A program made the translations under genes and the position numbers. From contig CAWDKY010000017.1 in NCBI GenBank assembly GCA_963802945.1, forward strand, positions 32,001 to 96,000: a stretch of DNA of 64,000 bases. Reading direction: 5' to 3'. Numbering within the stretch: position 1 is the first letter of the stretch; every line of letters begins with the position of its first letter. The notes beneath the pieces were generated by a model, which was not told the DNA's origin, did not search any database, and saw only the letters and a list, made by a program, of their open reading frames with translations. Source of the DNA: an uncultured delta proteobacterium. Lineage in GTDB: Bacteria > Desulfobacterota > RBG-13-43-22. This document shows positions 19,559 through 30,174 of this stretch, piece after piece.

Positions 19559-21097
19559 TTATTTTTTTGTCAACCCGATGCTTTCATAAGACTCGTCGAT
19601 AGGAGGCATTTTTACGAAATACGGCCGCGCCGGAAGCTTTCCATAGATGGGATGTTCCTGCCAACCGTTTATACGGGCCGCCCGTTTGGCCGCCGATTGG
19701 TATCTTTTCCAGTCAGCGCTGGTATAGAGAAACATCTCCTGAGCGGCCATGGACCCTTCACCGTGAATGGTATCGACCTCGTAGTGATTTCCGGTGTAGT
19801 CCTTGATGAGCCGCAATATGCGAATCCGGTCCTCTGTCGGCACCCCGTCTTTGGCCGCCAGATATTTTTCAATGTAGGGTTGTATGGCCGGATTTTTCCA
19901 GTCCCGATAGGCCGGCACCGTGGTGGTCAATCCACCCCCGATATCCTGCATATGTTGGACCATCTGGTGAAAATTGCTGGCATAGGTGAACTTGGAGGCA
20001 TTAATGGCCATCCGATTGGGCATCATGACATCCATTCCAAATTCGGTGACCGGATCCTGGCAGGCCTGTTTCCCCAACATCTGCACCGTTTCCGTAATAT
20101 AGGCCATCCAGGCCAGCTTTTTCCGGACGTGCGGGACATTCTGGACACCGTTATATTCAGCGATCAGGCTCGCTGCCCCGGTCATGGTTTCAAGAGTCCC
20201 CGTCATCTTGCAGGTGCCGAAGAGGCGGTGGTAACTGGCGAAGGCATAGGCCAGGATTTGGGAATACTCCCACTCGCCGCACATAAAAACCCGTTCCCAG
20301 GGCACAAAGACATTATCGAAGATGATCAAAGATTCCGAGGGCTGCATGTGGTCCGATATGGGATAATCGAATTCACATTCCTCCCCGTAGAGCCGGACAT
20401 TCGGCTCTACCCCCAAAAGCTTGACACCGGGCGTGCTAACAGGTACGGCAAAGGCCAGGGCATAGTCCTTGTCTGCTTCGCCATGGGTCCGGCAGGGCAG
20501 GCAGAGCAGCTCATTGGCACAGGGAGAGGCGCTGATATGCACCTTGGCGCCCCGGACCACGATGCCGTCCTTCTGCCGATCTACTATCCTCAGGTAAAAG
20601 TCCTGGTGCTGTTTCTGCTTGGAGGGGTGAAGGCTTCGATCCCCCTTAACATCAGTAATGGCCCCGGTGATGGCCAAATCGTTCTTTTGCAGATGTTTGC
20701 GGTACTGCTCGACCCGCTCCATATACCCGGTGCCCAGTTTGCTGTCCATGACCTGGGCAGCGACGGTAAAGGCGGCCAGGGCATCGGCGCCCATGCAATG
20801 GACGATTACTCCTCCGCCGGATCGGATCCCGACCGTGTAGCATTCCCGCCGGCGAAGAAGGTCTTCCGGTGTTTTCGGAGAAGTCAGCAAAAAATTAATA
20901 TCTTCGCCGTCTTCATTCTGGGTCACAAAGAGCTTCCGATAATCCGGGTGATTGGGCAGGACATAGTCCATGCAGGCCGTTCTGATGATGGTACTCACCG
21001 TCGGATGGGTCCGCACATCAGCCACCTTTTCTCCCAGACACCAGACTTCCCGTCCGTCATTCAAACTTTCAAGATACTGTTCTACTGTTTTTATCAT
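19559..21097 (-). CDS. 4-hydroxybutyryl-CoA dehydratase / HpaB-family flavoprotein (AbfD-like)
   Basis: YLESLNDGREVW, AITDVKGDRSL, VRGAKVH, IFDNVFVPWERVFMCGE, YHR, HGEGS. Confidence 0.88.
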   Translation of the reverse strand: MIKTVEQYLESLNDGREVWCLGEKVADVRTHPTVSTIIRTACMDYVLPNHPDYRKLFVTQNEDGEDINFLLTSPKTPEDLLRRRECYTVGIRSGGGVIVHCMGADALAAFTVAAQVMDSKLGTGYMERVEQYRKHLQKNDLAITGAITDVKGDRSLHPSKQKQHQDFYLRIVDRQKDGIVVRGAKVHISASPCANELLCLPCRTHGEADKDYALAFAVPVSTPGVKLLGVEPNVRLYGEECEFDYPISDHMQPSESLIIFDNVFVPWERVFMCGEWEYSQILAYAFASYHRLFGTCKMTGTLETMTGAASLIAEYNGVQNVPHVRKKLAWMAYITETVQMLGKQACQDPVTEFGMDVMMPNRMAINASKFTYASNFHQMVQHMQDIGGGLTTTVPAYRDWKNPAIQPYIEKYLAAKDGVPTEDRIRILRLIKDYTGNHYEVDTIHGEGSMAAQEMFLYTSADWKRYQSAAKRAARINGWQEHPIYGKLPARPYFVKMPPIDESYESIGLTKK

Positions 21098-21229
21098 CTT
21101 AATTCCTCCTTTTTATTAAACGCCATTGTAAAAAATTGTATTTTTGAAAACATACACATCCCCAGGATCATAGAGGACCCGCATCGGCAATTAAAAGCGA
21201 TCAAAGGTCTTTTATTATAAGTTGAAAAA

Positions 21230-21325
21230 GTTTCCTTCTGGATGGAAAGAGTATAAGGCAAGAATAAGACTGGGGCAAGGAGAAATGTAAATCGCAAACC
21301 CTTCTTTGGACCGTTGGTTGCTAAA
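21230..21325 (-). repeat. Copy of IS91-end-like promoter element
   Basis: CCAACGGTCCAAAGAAGG...TTTCTCC-TTGCCC(21273-21278)-17-TATACT(21250-21255)-CTTTCCATC. Confidence 0.8.
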
Positions 21326-21465
21326 AATATCGTTATTATGCCCCAGGAATCCCCGGACAGTGGCCTTTTAATTGGTGACCCCCTTCCTAATCCTGGCCTT
21401 TGAGTTCAGAGCCGTCAAGGATAAGAACCAGATCACTCATCATATCCTCTAAAACAAACTTTCAA

Positions 21466-22291
21466 TCATTCATTGAGAGGGAAGAAATCCGGCATATCGC
21501 CGGGGACCTTCAGTTTCCATTCCGGTTCCCGTTTTTCCAGGAAAGAAGTCACCCCTTCCCGTGCATCGGGTTGCAAACCGGTCCAGGCATAATATTTGTG
21601 ATTGATCCTTTCGGCCTTTTCCGGATCGGGTTCACTTAAGAATTGATAAAGCATGTGTTTGGTCAGGGCCACACTGACCGGGGCGCAGTTTACGGCGATG
21701 TCCCTGGCCAGTTCCCGGGCTGTCGGCATGAGTTGGTCGTCCGGCACCACTCGGCTAACCAACCCAAATTCCAGGGCCTCCCGGGCGGTCAGGATCCGGC
21801 CGGTATACATCAATTCAGCCGCCCGGCTGATTCCGACGATCCTCGGAAGAAGCCAGGCACAGCCCACCTCCGGGATGATTCCCCGACGGTTGAAAACGAT
21901 TCCCAGACGGGCGCTCTCGGCTGCGATACGGAATATCATAAGGCAAAGTCATGGTTACACCCACTCCCACGGAAGGCCCATTGTAAGCCACGATGACAGG
22001 TTTTTTAAGTGAAAAATAATATTTCAAAAGGCTGGCACGTCTTTCCTCAGGCGGGCGTTTGGTCCGGTCAAAAGTGTCCCCTCCTCTTTGAAGATCGGCA
22101 CCGGCACAGAATCCCCGGCCCGCCCCGGTCATAATGGTCACTCTCATTTCAGGATCCTCTTCAACTTCCATGAGGGCCTGGCGGATCTCCTGCCCCATGG
22201 TCTGGGTAAAAGCATTGAGCCGTTCTGGCCGGTTCAGGGTTATGAAGGCAATCCTTTCCGCTTTTTCAAAAATAATCTGGGTATAATTCAT
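21466..22291 (-). CDS. Enoyl-CoA hydratase/isomerase (crotonase); 1-nt frameshift near 21932
   Basis: ITLNRPERLNA, GFCAGADL, VGVGVTMTLPYD / IRIAAESAR, GIIPE, EGVTSFLEKR; AAGGAG RBS. Confidence 0.9.
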
Positions 22292-22316
22292 TTTTGTCTC
22301 CTTTGCGAATATTTTT

Positions 22317-22520
22317 GATAAGAATTTTCTTTTTGATGGGAAGAGTATAAGGCAAGAAAAAGACGGGGGCAAGGAGAAAAGCAGGGCGGAAGAGAAGGGG
22401 ACGAAGGGCGACTTCTTCTCCATTAATACAGGAATCGAAAGACCTTCTTTGGGCCGTTGGTGGCGTAGTTTATTCGGGCCATAAAATACCAATTCAACTA
22501 TTTCAACAACGTATCGGAAA
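22317..22520 (-). repeat. Longest copy of the IS91-end-like promoter element, with oriIS-like tail
   Basis: TTGCCC(22367-22372)-17-TATACT(22344-22349)-CTTCCCATC-AAAAAGAAAATTCTTATC ending about 25 bp before the ATG. Confidence 0.8.
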
Positions 22521-22652
22521 ACGATTTTTAAGATCAACAGACCGCCCCGTTGACTTGCTTTAGTACGCCGTAATGTGCAAGATTCAGAACCGGACCTCCG
22601 ACCTGCTCAAATCCATGAACCTTCGATCATCTCCAACTCTTTTGGAGATGAT

Positions 22653-22729
22653 CATAAAATAGTAGTTCAATTCATTCACCAATGCCCTCGATTAAGGCAT
22701 GTCAACCAGGAAGATTTGAGCCTCTTCCC
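22653..22729. repeat. Dispersed junction repeat B
   Basis: CATAAAAT...GATTAAGGCATGTCAACCAGGAAGATTTGAGCCTCTTCCC. Confidence 0.75.
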
Positions 22730-22742
22730 ATATTCATCTTGA

Positions 22743-23387
22743 TTAGGGTTTCATCCCGACCTTTAATCCCCATCCGAGCATTGCCAGGGCTACCATTTCA
22801 ATAAGATGAAAGATACCATTATGATCAAATGGGAAAAGAACCTTCATCGAGACATGGCTGGCCTGCACTCCGGCCGCAACTAGGCTTAGAAGGATTGCCA
22901 AAGAAATCCATCCGGACCCTTTCGCCCGCTGAGTGACGGCCAGGAAAGAATAGATAGCCAGCGTGCCAATAATGGCCAAGGCTTCATAGTTAACGAAGAT
23001 GATCAATGCACTGTCGAAAAACCGACCCAGTACAAAAAAGATAATACTCACTGCCGCAATTAACCCAACGAGACGTTTGGCCATATCCCTGCCACGCCAA
23101 TCCAATAGAGCGCCGGCGACCAAAAGCGCAACGGCTACCCCAAGACATAAAAAGAGAGGCAGCCAAAGCGCTTCACGCAGGGAAGACTGCTTATCCAAAC
23201 CATGAGCAACAGCACCCATAAAGGAAGAAAACGCCAGAAGGCCGAACACCCAACACCACAGGGAAGTTCTCCATCGGTCAACGGCCAGGGCCCGCCACAG
23301 GCCTATCAGGATGAAGACACACTCGATGGCCAGAAACAGGTCGGTTGCACTGGTTGTAAGTTCGGTTGGAGATTTAATCAGGATCAT
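22743..23387 (-). CDS. Multi-pass membrane protein of unknown function
   Basis: About 7 hydrophobic segments; GAVAHG and FDHNGIFH His motifs; the track's TTG start at 23471 falls inside the promoter element. Confidence 0.75.
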   Translation of the reverse strand: MILIKSPTELTTSATDLFLAIECVFILIGLWRALAVDRWRTSLWCWVFGLLAFSSFMGAVAHGLDKQSSLREALWLPLFLCLGVAVALLVAGALLDWRGRDMAKRLVGLIAAVSIIFFVLGRFFDSALIIFVNYEALAIIGTLAIYSFLAVTQRAKGSGWISLAILLSLVAAGVQASHVSMKVLFPFDHNGIFHLIEMVALAMLGWGLKVGMKP

Positions 23388-23415
23388 AACGGCCTGATGA
23401 CGGTAAAATTGAATG

Positions 23416-23490
23416 GCTAAGAAGTTGCTTTTTGATGGTAAGAATATAAAATAAGATAAAAGAGCGGTCAAGGAGGAAAAAGGAAGAAAA
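23416..23490 (-). repeat. Copy of IS91-end-like promoter element with tail
   Basis: TTGACC(23466-23471)-17-TATATT(23443-23448)-CTTACCATC-AAAAAGCAACTTCTTAGC. Confidence 0.75.
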
Positions 23491-23721
23491 AATAGGGGTG
23501 GCTAACGGAGTTAAGGAGGTTTAGGCCGGTTAGCTGGGGAATAGAAGAACCTATTTGAGCAAACAAAAGCCAAAAAGTAAAAATATAGGAGCCGAACTTC
23601 CAAAACTAAGATATACTGCCCCCCATGCATCCTGATCTTACCTTATCTCAATTTGAGGTATATTATCATCAAAACATATAATATTCCGGGGAATCCTGCT
23701 AAAAAATAATATTCAAAATTC

Positions 23722-24561
23722 TTAGAAGTTTTTTTCACAAAACTCAAAAGCATTCTTGAAAATTTTTAATCCTGCCCCTTCCTCATTTTCCAACTGTTTC
23801 CCTTCTCTCTGCCTCATTTCTTTATGCAAGGTCCAGTTGGGATGCTGGGTGAAGTGATGATAGCCCTCGGGATGGGGCATAAGTCCGAATATGCGTCCGG
23901 TGGGATCGCAGATACCGGCAATATCCAACAGGGAACCGTTGGGGTTATAGGGAAACCTGCCTTCGGCTCTGTCCCCGGAAGGCAGAAGATACGAAAGGGC
24001 CACCTGGTTATTTTGTTGCAGTCGATTTAGCACCCCTTCCGGTGCGAAAAATTTCCCTTCCCCGTGGCGAATAGGCAATTCCAGCCATTCAATCCCTTTG
24101 GTAAAAATGCAGGGGGATTCGGGATTGCCCCTCATCTTCACCCAATCATTTCTAAAATTGCCGCAGTCATTGGCCAGCAAGGCCACCTCCCGCCGGTCAT
24201 AATGCCCTTCAAAACCCGGCAGTAATCCCATATTGACCATGGCTTGAAACCCGTTGCAGATCCCGATGATCATTTTCCCAGCAGCGATAAATTCTTCCAG
24301 GTCGGTTTTTAATTTGTATTTCAGACGGGTGGCCAGAAGGACCCCGGCCCCATGATCATCCCCCCAGCTAAATCCACCATCAAAAACCAGGAGGTGATAA
24401 TCTTTTATTTTTTGGGTGTGCTGCCCAACTTCTGGATTGATCAATTCACTGATATGCACCCGTTCGGCCTCAAAGCCGGCCAGGGTTAAGGCATATTGGG
24501 TTTCCCAATCACAATTGAGACCATATCCGGTTAAAACCAAGGCACGAGGAGTTTTCATCAT
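23722..24561 (-). CDS. purQ: FGAM synthase glutaminase subunit
   Basis: GGFSWGD, GICNGFQ, PIRHGEG, NPNGS, GLMPHPE. Confidence 0.95.
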   Translation of the reverse strand: MMKTPRALVLTGYGLNCDWETQYALTLAGFEAERVHISELINPEVGQHTQKIKDYHLLVFDGGFSWGDDHGAGVLLATRLKYKLKTDLEEFIAAGKMIIGICNGFQAMVNMGLLPGFEGHYDRREVALLANDCGNFRNDWVKMRGNPESPCIFTKGIEWLELPIRHGEGKFFAPEGVLNRLQQNNQVALSYLLPSGDRAEGRFPYNPNGSLLDIAGICDPTGRIFGLMPHPEGYHHFTQHPNWTLHKEMRQREGKQLENEEGAGLKIFKNAFEFCEKNF

Positions 24562-27552
24562 ATCAGACCTCCATAAGTTTGATGAAAGGCCTCTCTCAAG
24601 GGCTTCAGTCGTGTTTTTATCAAGATACGCTTTCCATCTTCAATATTAAAGTTTTGATCCTTTCGCACCCGGCCGATGCAATCCATCCGGGACCCGGCCA
24701 TCAGTTTTTCAAAAGGCTTTTTCTTTTTGGGGTCCACGCACAGGAAGCACCCGGCCGCAGGATTCTGAAAACAAGAGCTTGTCGGCCCGTATTGGAAAAG
24801 AAACAGGGACCTTGGCCAGATCGACATCAACCCCCAAATCTCCGGCCAAGGCCATCAGGGCCAAATGGATCCCCAGGCCTCCCCGATAAACCCCGTGGGC
24901 CGCGGAAATCAGGCCTGCTTCTATGGCTCGTTGCAAGGCAGCATAATGATTTTTTTCAGGTACTCCATCCAAATGCGGGACATTCAGCCCCACATGTCCT
25001 AAAAGATCATAGTATTCCGATTCTCCTAATTCATCCCTGGTTTCTCCGAGGAGATAGATCAAGTCTCCGGGAATTTTTACATCCATAGAGACACAGTTTC
25101 GGACATCTGGAACGATGCTGGTGGCCGTAAATTGAAAGGTCGGCAGACCCGAAATCCGGTGGGCCTCTCCAAAGGGGCCGTTGATATAGCCGTCCACATA
25201 CATACTGTCTTTCCCCGAAAGCAAGGGGATGCCGAACTTAAGGCAAATATCCCTCAAGGCCCAGTTGGCCCGCACCAGTTGGGCGGCTTTGTATTTCCCA
25301 TCCGGGTTTTCCAGCGGATCATATTGAATGCTGGGCCAGCAGAAATTATCCACTCCCCCGATTTGTTCCAGATCGCTGCCAACAACCAACAGTCTTCGGA
25401 TCGCCTCATCCATGGTGGCGGCTACCATGGCATAGGGGTCAATCAACCCATAGGTAGGCAAGATGGACTGAGTGAAGGCAATGCCCCGCAAGGAAGGCAG
25501 ATGAGGTCTAATGACCACGGCGTCGCCGGGGATATCGCGGTATTTCCCAGCCAGAGGCTTAAGCACGTTTCCACCCTGGACCTCGTGATCGTATTGACGG
25601 GCAATCCAGTTTTTGGATGCGATGTTCGGTCTGGATAATATATTTTTTAACAGCTCAAGGTAATCCACCGGTTCCTTAATCACCGGCTCGATCAGACCCC
25701 TGGTTTCCGGTGGCTGCCACTCGGCCTCAAAAGTCCATTTGGGAAAATCGGATTGCAAAAAACCCAGATCAACATAGGCACAGGTTTTTCCCTGATAAAG
25801 CAGATGGACCTTGCCGGAAGCAGTGTAGTTCCCTAAGTTGGTGCATTCCACATTGTGTTTGCGGGCCAATGCCTGAAATCGCTCCCAATGCTTAGGCTTT
25901 AATCCTACGGTCATCCGTTCCTGGGATTCGGAAACCCAGATCTCCCATTGATCCAGCCCTTCATACTTCAAGGGCACCCGGTCCAGGTGGACCTCACACC
26001 CGTTGCTGAAGCGGGCTGATTCGCCCACCGAGGAAGAAAGCCCGCCGCCGCCGTTGTCGGTAATATAAGATACAATCCCTTCGTCTCGAGCTTCGAGAAG
26101 AAAATCGTGCATCTTTTTCTGGGTGTAGGGGTCGCCGATCTGGACATGGCTGGCCGGGGTGTTGACGCTGTACACTTCGGATGAGGCCGTAACCCCGTGA
26201 ATCCCATCTTTACCTACCCGGCCGCCGCACATTACGATCAGGTCTCCCGGTTCAGTCTGTTTTAATTCTATTGGTTCTTTTTTTATCTTGGCCGGCATGA
26301 ATCCCATGGCGGCCACAAAGACCAGGCATTTGCCGATATAGCCGGGATGAAAAAAAACCTGACCAAAGGGTGTGGGGATCCCGCTCTTGTTTCCGCCGTC
26401 CCGCACCCCTTCTATGATCCCGTCAAGCAGGCGGCGGGGATGGAGTTTGGGTTTAAGAGGGCCGTCATAGTCCCTGGGGCCGACACAGTATCCGTAAGCG
26501 CCCATACAAAGCCGGGAACCCTTGCCCGTGCCCATAGGATCCCGATAGACCCCCACGATTCCGGTTATGGCCCCGCCATAAGGTTCCATATTGGAGGGGC
26601 TGTTGTGGGTTTCAACCGTGATGCAATAATAATGATTTTCATCAAACCGGGCCACACCGGCATTATCCCAGAGGACCGAGATCACCCAGTCTTTCTCTTT
26701 TTGTATCTTCAAGGTGGGGGCTTCGATACAGGTTTTAAATAGGTTATCGATGGTTGTACTTTCCCCGGTGGTAAGATCGCAATAATGGAACAGCCCCCTG
26801 AAGGTGTTGTGATTGCAGTGATCACTGCGGGCCTGAGAAATATATTCCAGCTCAACATCCGTGGGCATGGTCAGCCCGACACGGCCTCGTTGGGCCAGTA
26901 CTTCCGGCTTTTGAAAATAGGCCTGGATAACGGCCATATCCTCTTTCGGCAGGGCCCAGGAACGTTCCCGGTTAAGCCGGGAAAATTCTTCCAGGGAATC
27001 AATGGGGATGACGGATACCGTGGGTTGATGATGCAATTCCACTTTGGGGATAAGGGTTCCTACCCCTGACGAATCATCCCATTCCGTTTTAGAGAAAATC
27101 CGCCATTGTTGTATCAGATCATTGGCCAAGAGTTCCCGGGCAATTTTTTCTACAGCCTCTTTTTTTATTCGCTGGGCTTTGATCTGATATTGCTTGGATG
27201 TATAGACGGCTTCACCAGGGGAAAACTTGATCCCTAGAAAAGATTCAATAGCTTCAATAGCCGTGCTTCCGGCGTTATCCTTTACCCCGGGCAGAAACCC
27301 CACCCAGATGAGCCAATCAAACCCTTTGGCCAGGGGCTGGAAAGAAGAAATCTGGGTCACCGGATTGGTAAAAATTTCATTCCGGATCGCCTCCAATTGA
27401 TCTTGGGTCAAAGTCGTATCGAAGGTCAGGACTTGGATGGTTCTAACTTCTTCCACCTTAATCCCCAGATAATCCCAAGCCTTCTTTTTGAGCGTTTCTC
27501 CCTCTGGGTCCCGGACTTCCGGTTTAAGCATTATTTCCAAGCGTTGTGGCAT
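24558..27552 (-). CDS. purL: FGAM synthase synthetase subunit with PurS-like N-terminus; 1-nt frameshift near 24748
   Basis: SDHCNH, ETHNSPS, DGIHG, VQIGDP, SESQERM, QYDHEV, SGKDS, LFSES; C-terminus continues in ORF 24558..24830. Confidence 0.93.
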
Positions 27553-28042
27553 GGGTTTTCCTTTCTCCGCTATACTTAAATAGTTAAGTCTCCCCGCGCT
27601 CATCAAATGATAGCGGGACATTACTATTTTCGTCCCAGACCTTCATCTCATCTTTGGATAAAAATGGTTTTATAATACACACCATTTATTAAAATGGAAG
27701 TATTTATTTCCGGTTGAACTATAGGCTATATTGACAATGAAAACCTAAAAAAACGGCAAAGATTTGTCAAATTAATAATTATTATATTATTTATTAATGT
27801 TATAAAAACACGGAAACTGCCCCACAAAGTCAATGAAAATTAATCAAATTTTCTTTGCCGACTTTTGGGAAAAGGCTGGAGAGAGATAAGCAGCCCATTT
27901 CGGGTTTCTCTTGCCCTCGGGGGCGGAAGAAACTATAATTGGTCGGAAAAAAGACAGTTCGGAGTTCAGAGTTCAGAGAGTGGAGATTGGAGAAACCTAA
28001 TTTTCATAACTCTTAATGCCCTAATGGAAAAGGATATCGATT

Positions 28043-29071
28043 ATGCGCGTGGCCATGTATTATAACAATAGGGATATTCGAATCGAGGAGATGCTCAAAC
28101 CAGCCATTGGTCCAGGTGAAGTGTTGATCCAAATAGAGGCCAGCGGGATCTGCGGAAGTGATGTCATTGAATGGTACCGGATCCACAAGGCCCCTCTGGT
28201 CTTGGGGCATGAGATAGCCGGGCAGATCGTCGAGGTCGGGGATCGGGTTAAGAAATACCGGGTGGGTGACCGGGTGGCCGCCTCCCATCATGTGCCCTGC
28301 AATACTTGTTATTATTGCTTAAGCGGCCATCAGACGGTTTGCGATACCTTGCGCTCAACCAATTTTTATCCCGGTGGCTTTGCCGAATTTGTCCGTTTGC
28401 CTCCGATCAATGTGGACCGGGGGATTTACCCTTTGCCCGACGATATGTCTTATGAAGCGGCTACCTTTATCGAGCCCTTGGCCTGTGTCTTAAGGGCTCA
28501 ACGAATCGCCGGCCTGTCCCCGGGGCAGACCGTACTAGTATTGGGCAGCGGGATCTCTGGCTTGCTCCACATCCAAATGGCCAGGGCCTTAGGGGCCGGG
28601 AAGATCATGGCCACCGATGTCAGCGAATACCGGATGAAGGCGGCCAAGGCCCTGGGGGCCGATGAGGTTGTCAAAGCCCAGGACTTGACCCCAGACCTTT
28701 TAAAAAATTTCAACCAGGGCTTTTTGGCCGACCAGGTGATCATCGCCACCGGGGCAGAGCAGGTTCAACTTCAAGCCTTATCCCTGGTTGAACGGGGGGG
28801 GACCGTTCTCTTTTTCGCCCCAACCGATCAAGGAGTCACCATTCCCATTTCCATAAACGACCTGTTTTTCAGAAACGATATCACCTTAACCACCTCTTAT
28901 GCCGGCAGTCCGGCTGACCACTTCCGAGCGCTACAATTAATCGAAGCCGGTGCCTTGAATATTAATCGGTTGATCACCCATCGCCTTGGGCTGGCCGAAA
29001 CGGGGAAAGGATTTCAGTTGGTTGCCGAGGCCAAAGATTCCATCAAAGTGATTGTGGAGCCGCAACGATAA
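28043..29071 (+). CDS. Zn-dependent alcohol dehydrogenase (sorbitol/threonine dehydrogenase-like)
   Basis: GICGSD, LGHE, CNTCYYC..C, IEPLACV. Confidence 0.92.
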   Translation: MRVAMYYNNRDIRIEEMLKPAIGPGEVLIQIEASGICGSDVIEWYRIHKAPLVLGHEIAGQIVEVGDRVKKYRVGDRVAASHHVPCNTCYYCLSGHQTVCDTLRSTNFYPGGFAEFVRLPPINVDRGIYPLPDDMSYEAATFIEPLACVLRAQRIAGLSPGQTVLVLGSGISGLLHIQMARALGAGKIMATDVSEYRMKAAKALGADEVVKAQDLTPDLLKNFNQGFLADQVIIATGAEQVQLQALSLVERGGTVLFFAPTDQGVTIPISINDLFFRNDITLTTSYAGSPADHFRALQLIEAGALNINRLITHRLGLAETGKGFQLVAEAKDSIKVIVEPQR

Positions 29072-29114
29072 GATTTTTTGATAAAATCTTACTTTTTATG
29101 GGGTGAGGATAAGG

Positions 29115-29175
29115 CCACTTTTCCCCTTGACCCTATCTGGGGCTTATTTTATACTCATTTCAACCAAAAGGTATT
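29115..29175 (+). promoter_or_regulatory. sigma70 promoter resembling the dispersed element
   Basis: TTTTCCCC-TTGACC(29127-29132)-17-TATACT(29150-29155). Confidence 0.6.
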
Positions 29176-29248
29176 CTTGCCAAATATTATCAAAGAGTTT
29201 AATTCGAAGAAGACGCTCAATTATCGAAAGAAAAAAAGGAGAAATACC

Positions 29249-30139
29249 ATGCCCGATGTAGAAGACCATAAAGAAGGGAAAAGATATTGCCCGGACATTC
29301 CCCAGCAGACCGAAGGATTTTTTCTTAAGGGATCCAATGCCCTGGATTGGGGGATGAAAAACCGGCTGGCCCGGATCTTCAATCCAAAATCAGGTCGAAC
29401 GGTGATGCTGGCCGTGGATCATGGTTATTTCCAGGGACCTACCACAGGTCTGGAGAGGATGGATTTAAGTATCCTGCCCATCGCCCCCTATGCGGATACC
29501 CTAATGCTGACCAGGGGAATTTTACGCAGTATTATCCCCCCTTCCCTTTCCCCATCCATTGTCCTCAGGGTGTCGGGAGGAACCAGCATCTTGAAGGAGC
29601 TTAGCAACGAAGAAATTGCAGTGGATATTGAAGACGCCATCCGGTTGAATGTTTGCGCCATGGCCGTCCAGGTATTTATCGGGGGGGAGTACGAGCGCCA
29701 ATCCATCATAAACATGACCAAAATGGTGGACCAAGGAACCCGGTACGGCATTCCCACCCTGGCCGTCACCGCCGTGGGCAAGGATATGGCTCGGGATGCC
29801 CGTTACTTCAGGCTGGCCACCCGTATTTGCGCTGAACTGGGCGCCCATTATATAAAAACCTATTACATTGAAGAGGGCTTCGAAACGGTTATTGCCTCAT
29901 GTCCGGTGCCTATCGTCATGGCTGGCGGTAAGAAGATCCCCGAATTAGATGCCTTGACTATGGCCTATCGCGCGATTCAGCAAGGGGCCTCCGGCGTAGA
30001 CATGGGCAGAAATATCTTTCAATCGGATTTCCCTGCGGCTATGATCCAGGCCGTTCGGGCCGTGGTCCATAATAACGCCACCCCGAAAGAGGCTTTTGAG
30101 CTATACAAGAACTTGAGTAAATCTAAAAAGAAAAGATAG
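29249..30139 (+). CDS. lsrF: LsrF-like thiolase / DhnA-type class I aldolase
   Basis: [64 protein letters not shown]; AGGAG RBS. Confidence 0.88.
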   Translation: MPDVEDHKEGKRYCPDIPQQTEGFFLKGSNALDWGMKNRLARIFNPKSGRTVMLAVDHGYFQGPTTGLERMDLSILPIAPYADTLMLTRGILRSIIPPSLSPSIVLRVSGGTSILKELSNEEIAVDIEDAIRLNVCAMAVQVFIGGEYERQSIINMTKMVDQGTRYGIPTLAVTAVGKDMARDARYFRLATRICAELGAHYIKTYYIEEGFETVIASCPVPIVMAGGKKIPELDALTMAYRAIQQGASGVDMGRNIFQSDFPAAMIQAVRAVVHNNATPKEAFELYKNLSKSKKKR

Positions 30140-30174
30140 GGGTTTAGCCTTCAGTCTATCCACTTGTTGTTTAT

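Noticed and set aside
19652-21220. 522-aa plus-strand ORF
   Set aside because: Antisense shadow of the AbfD-like gene; no motifs recognised
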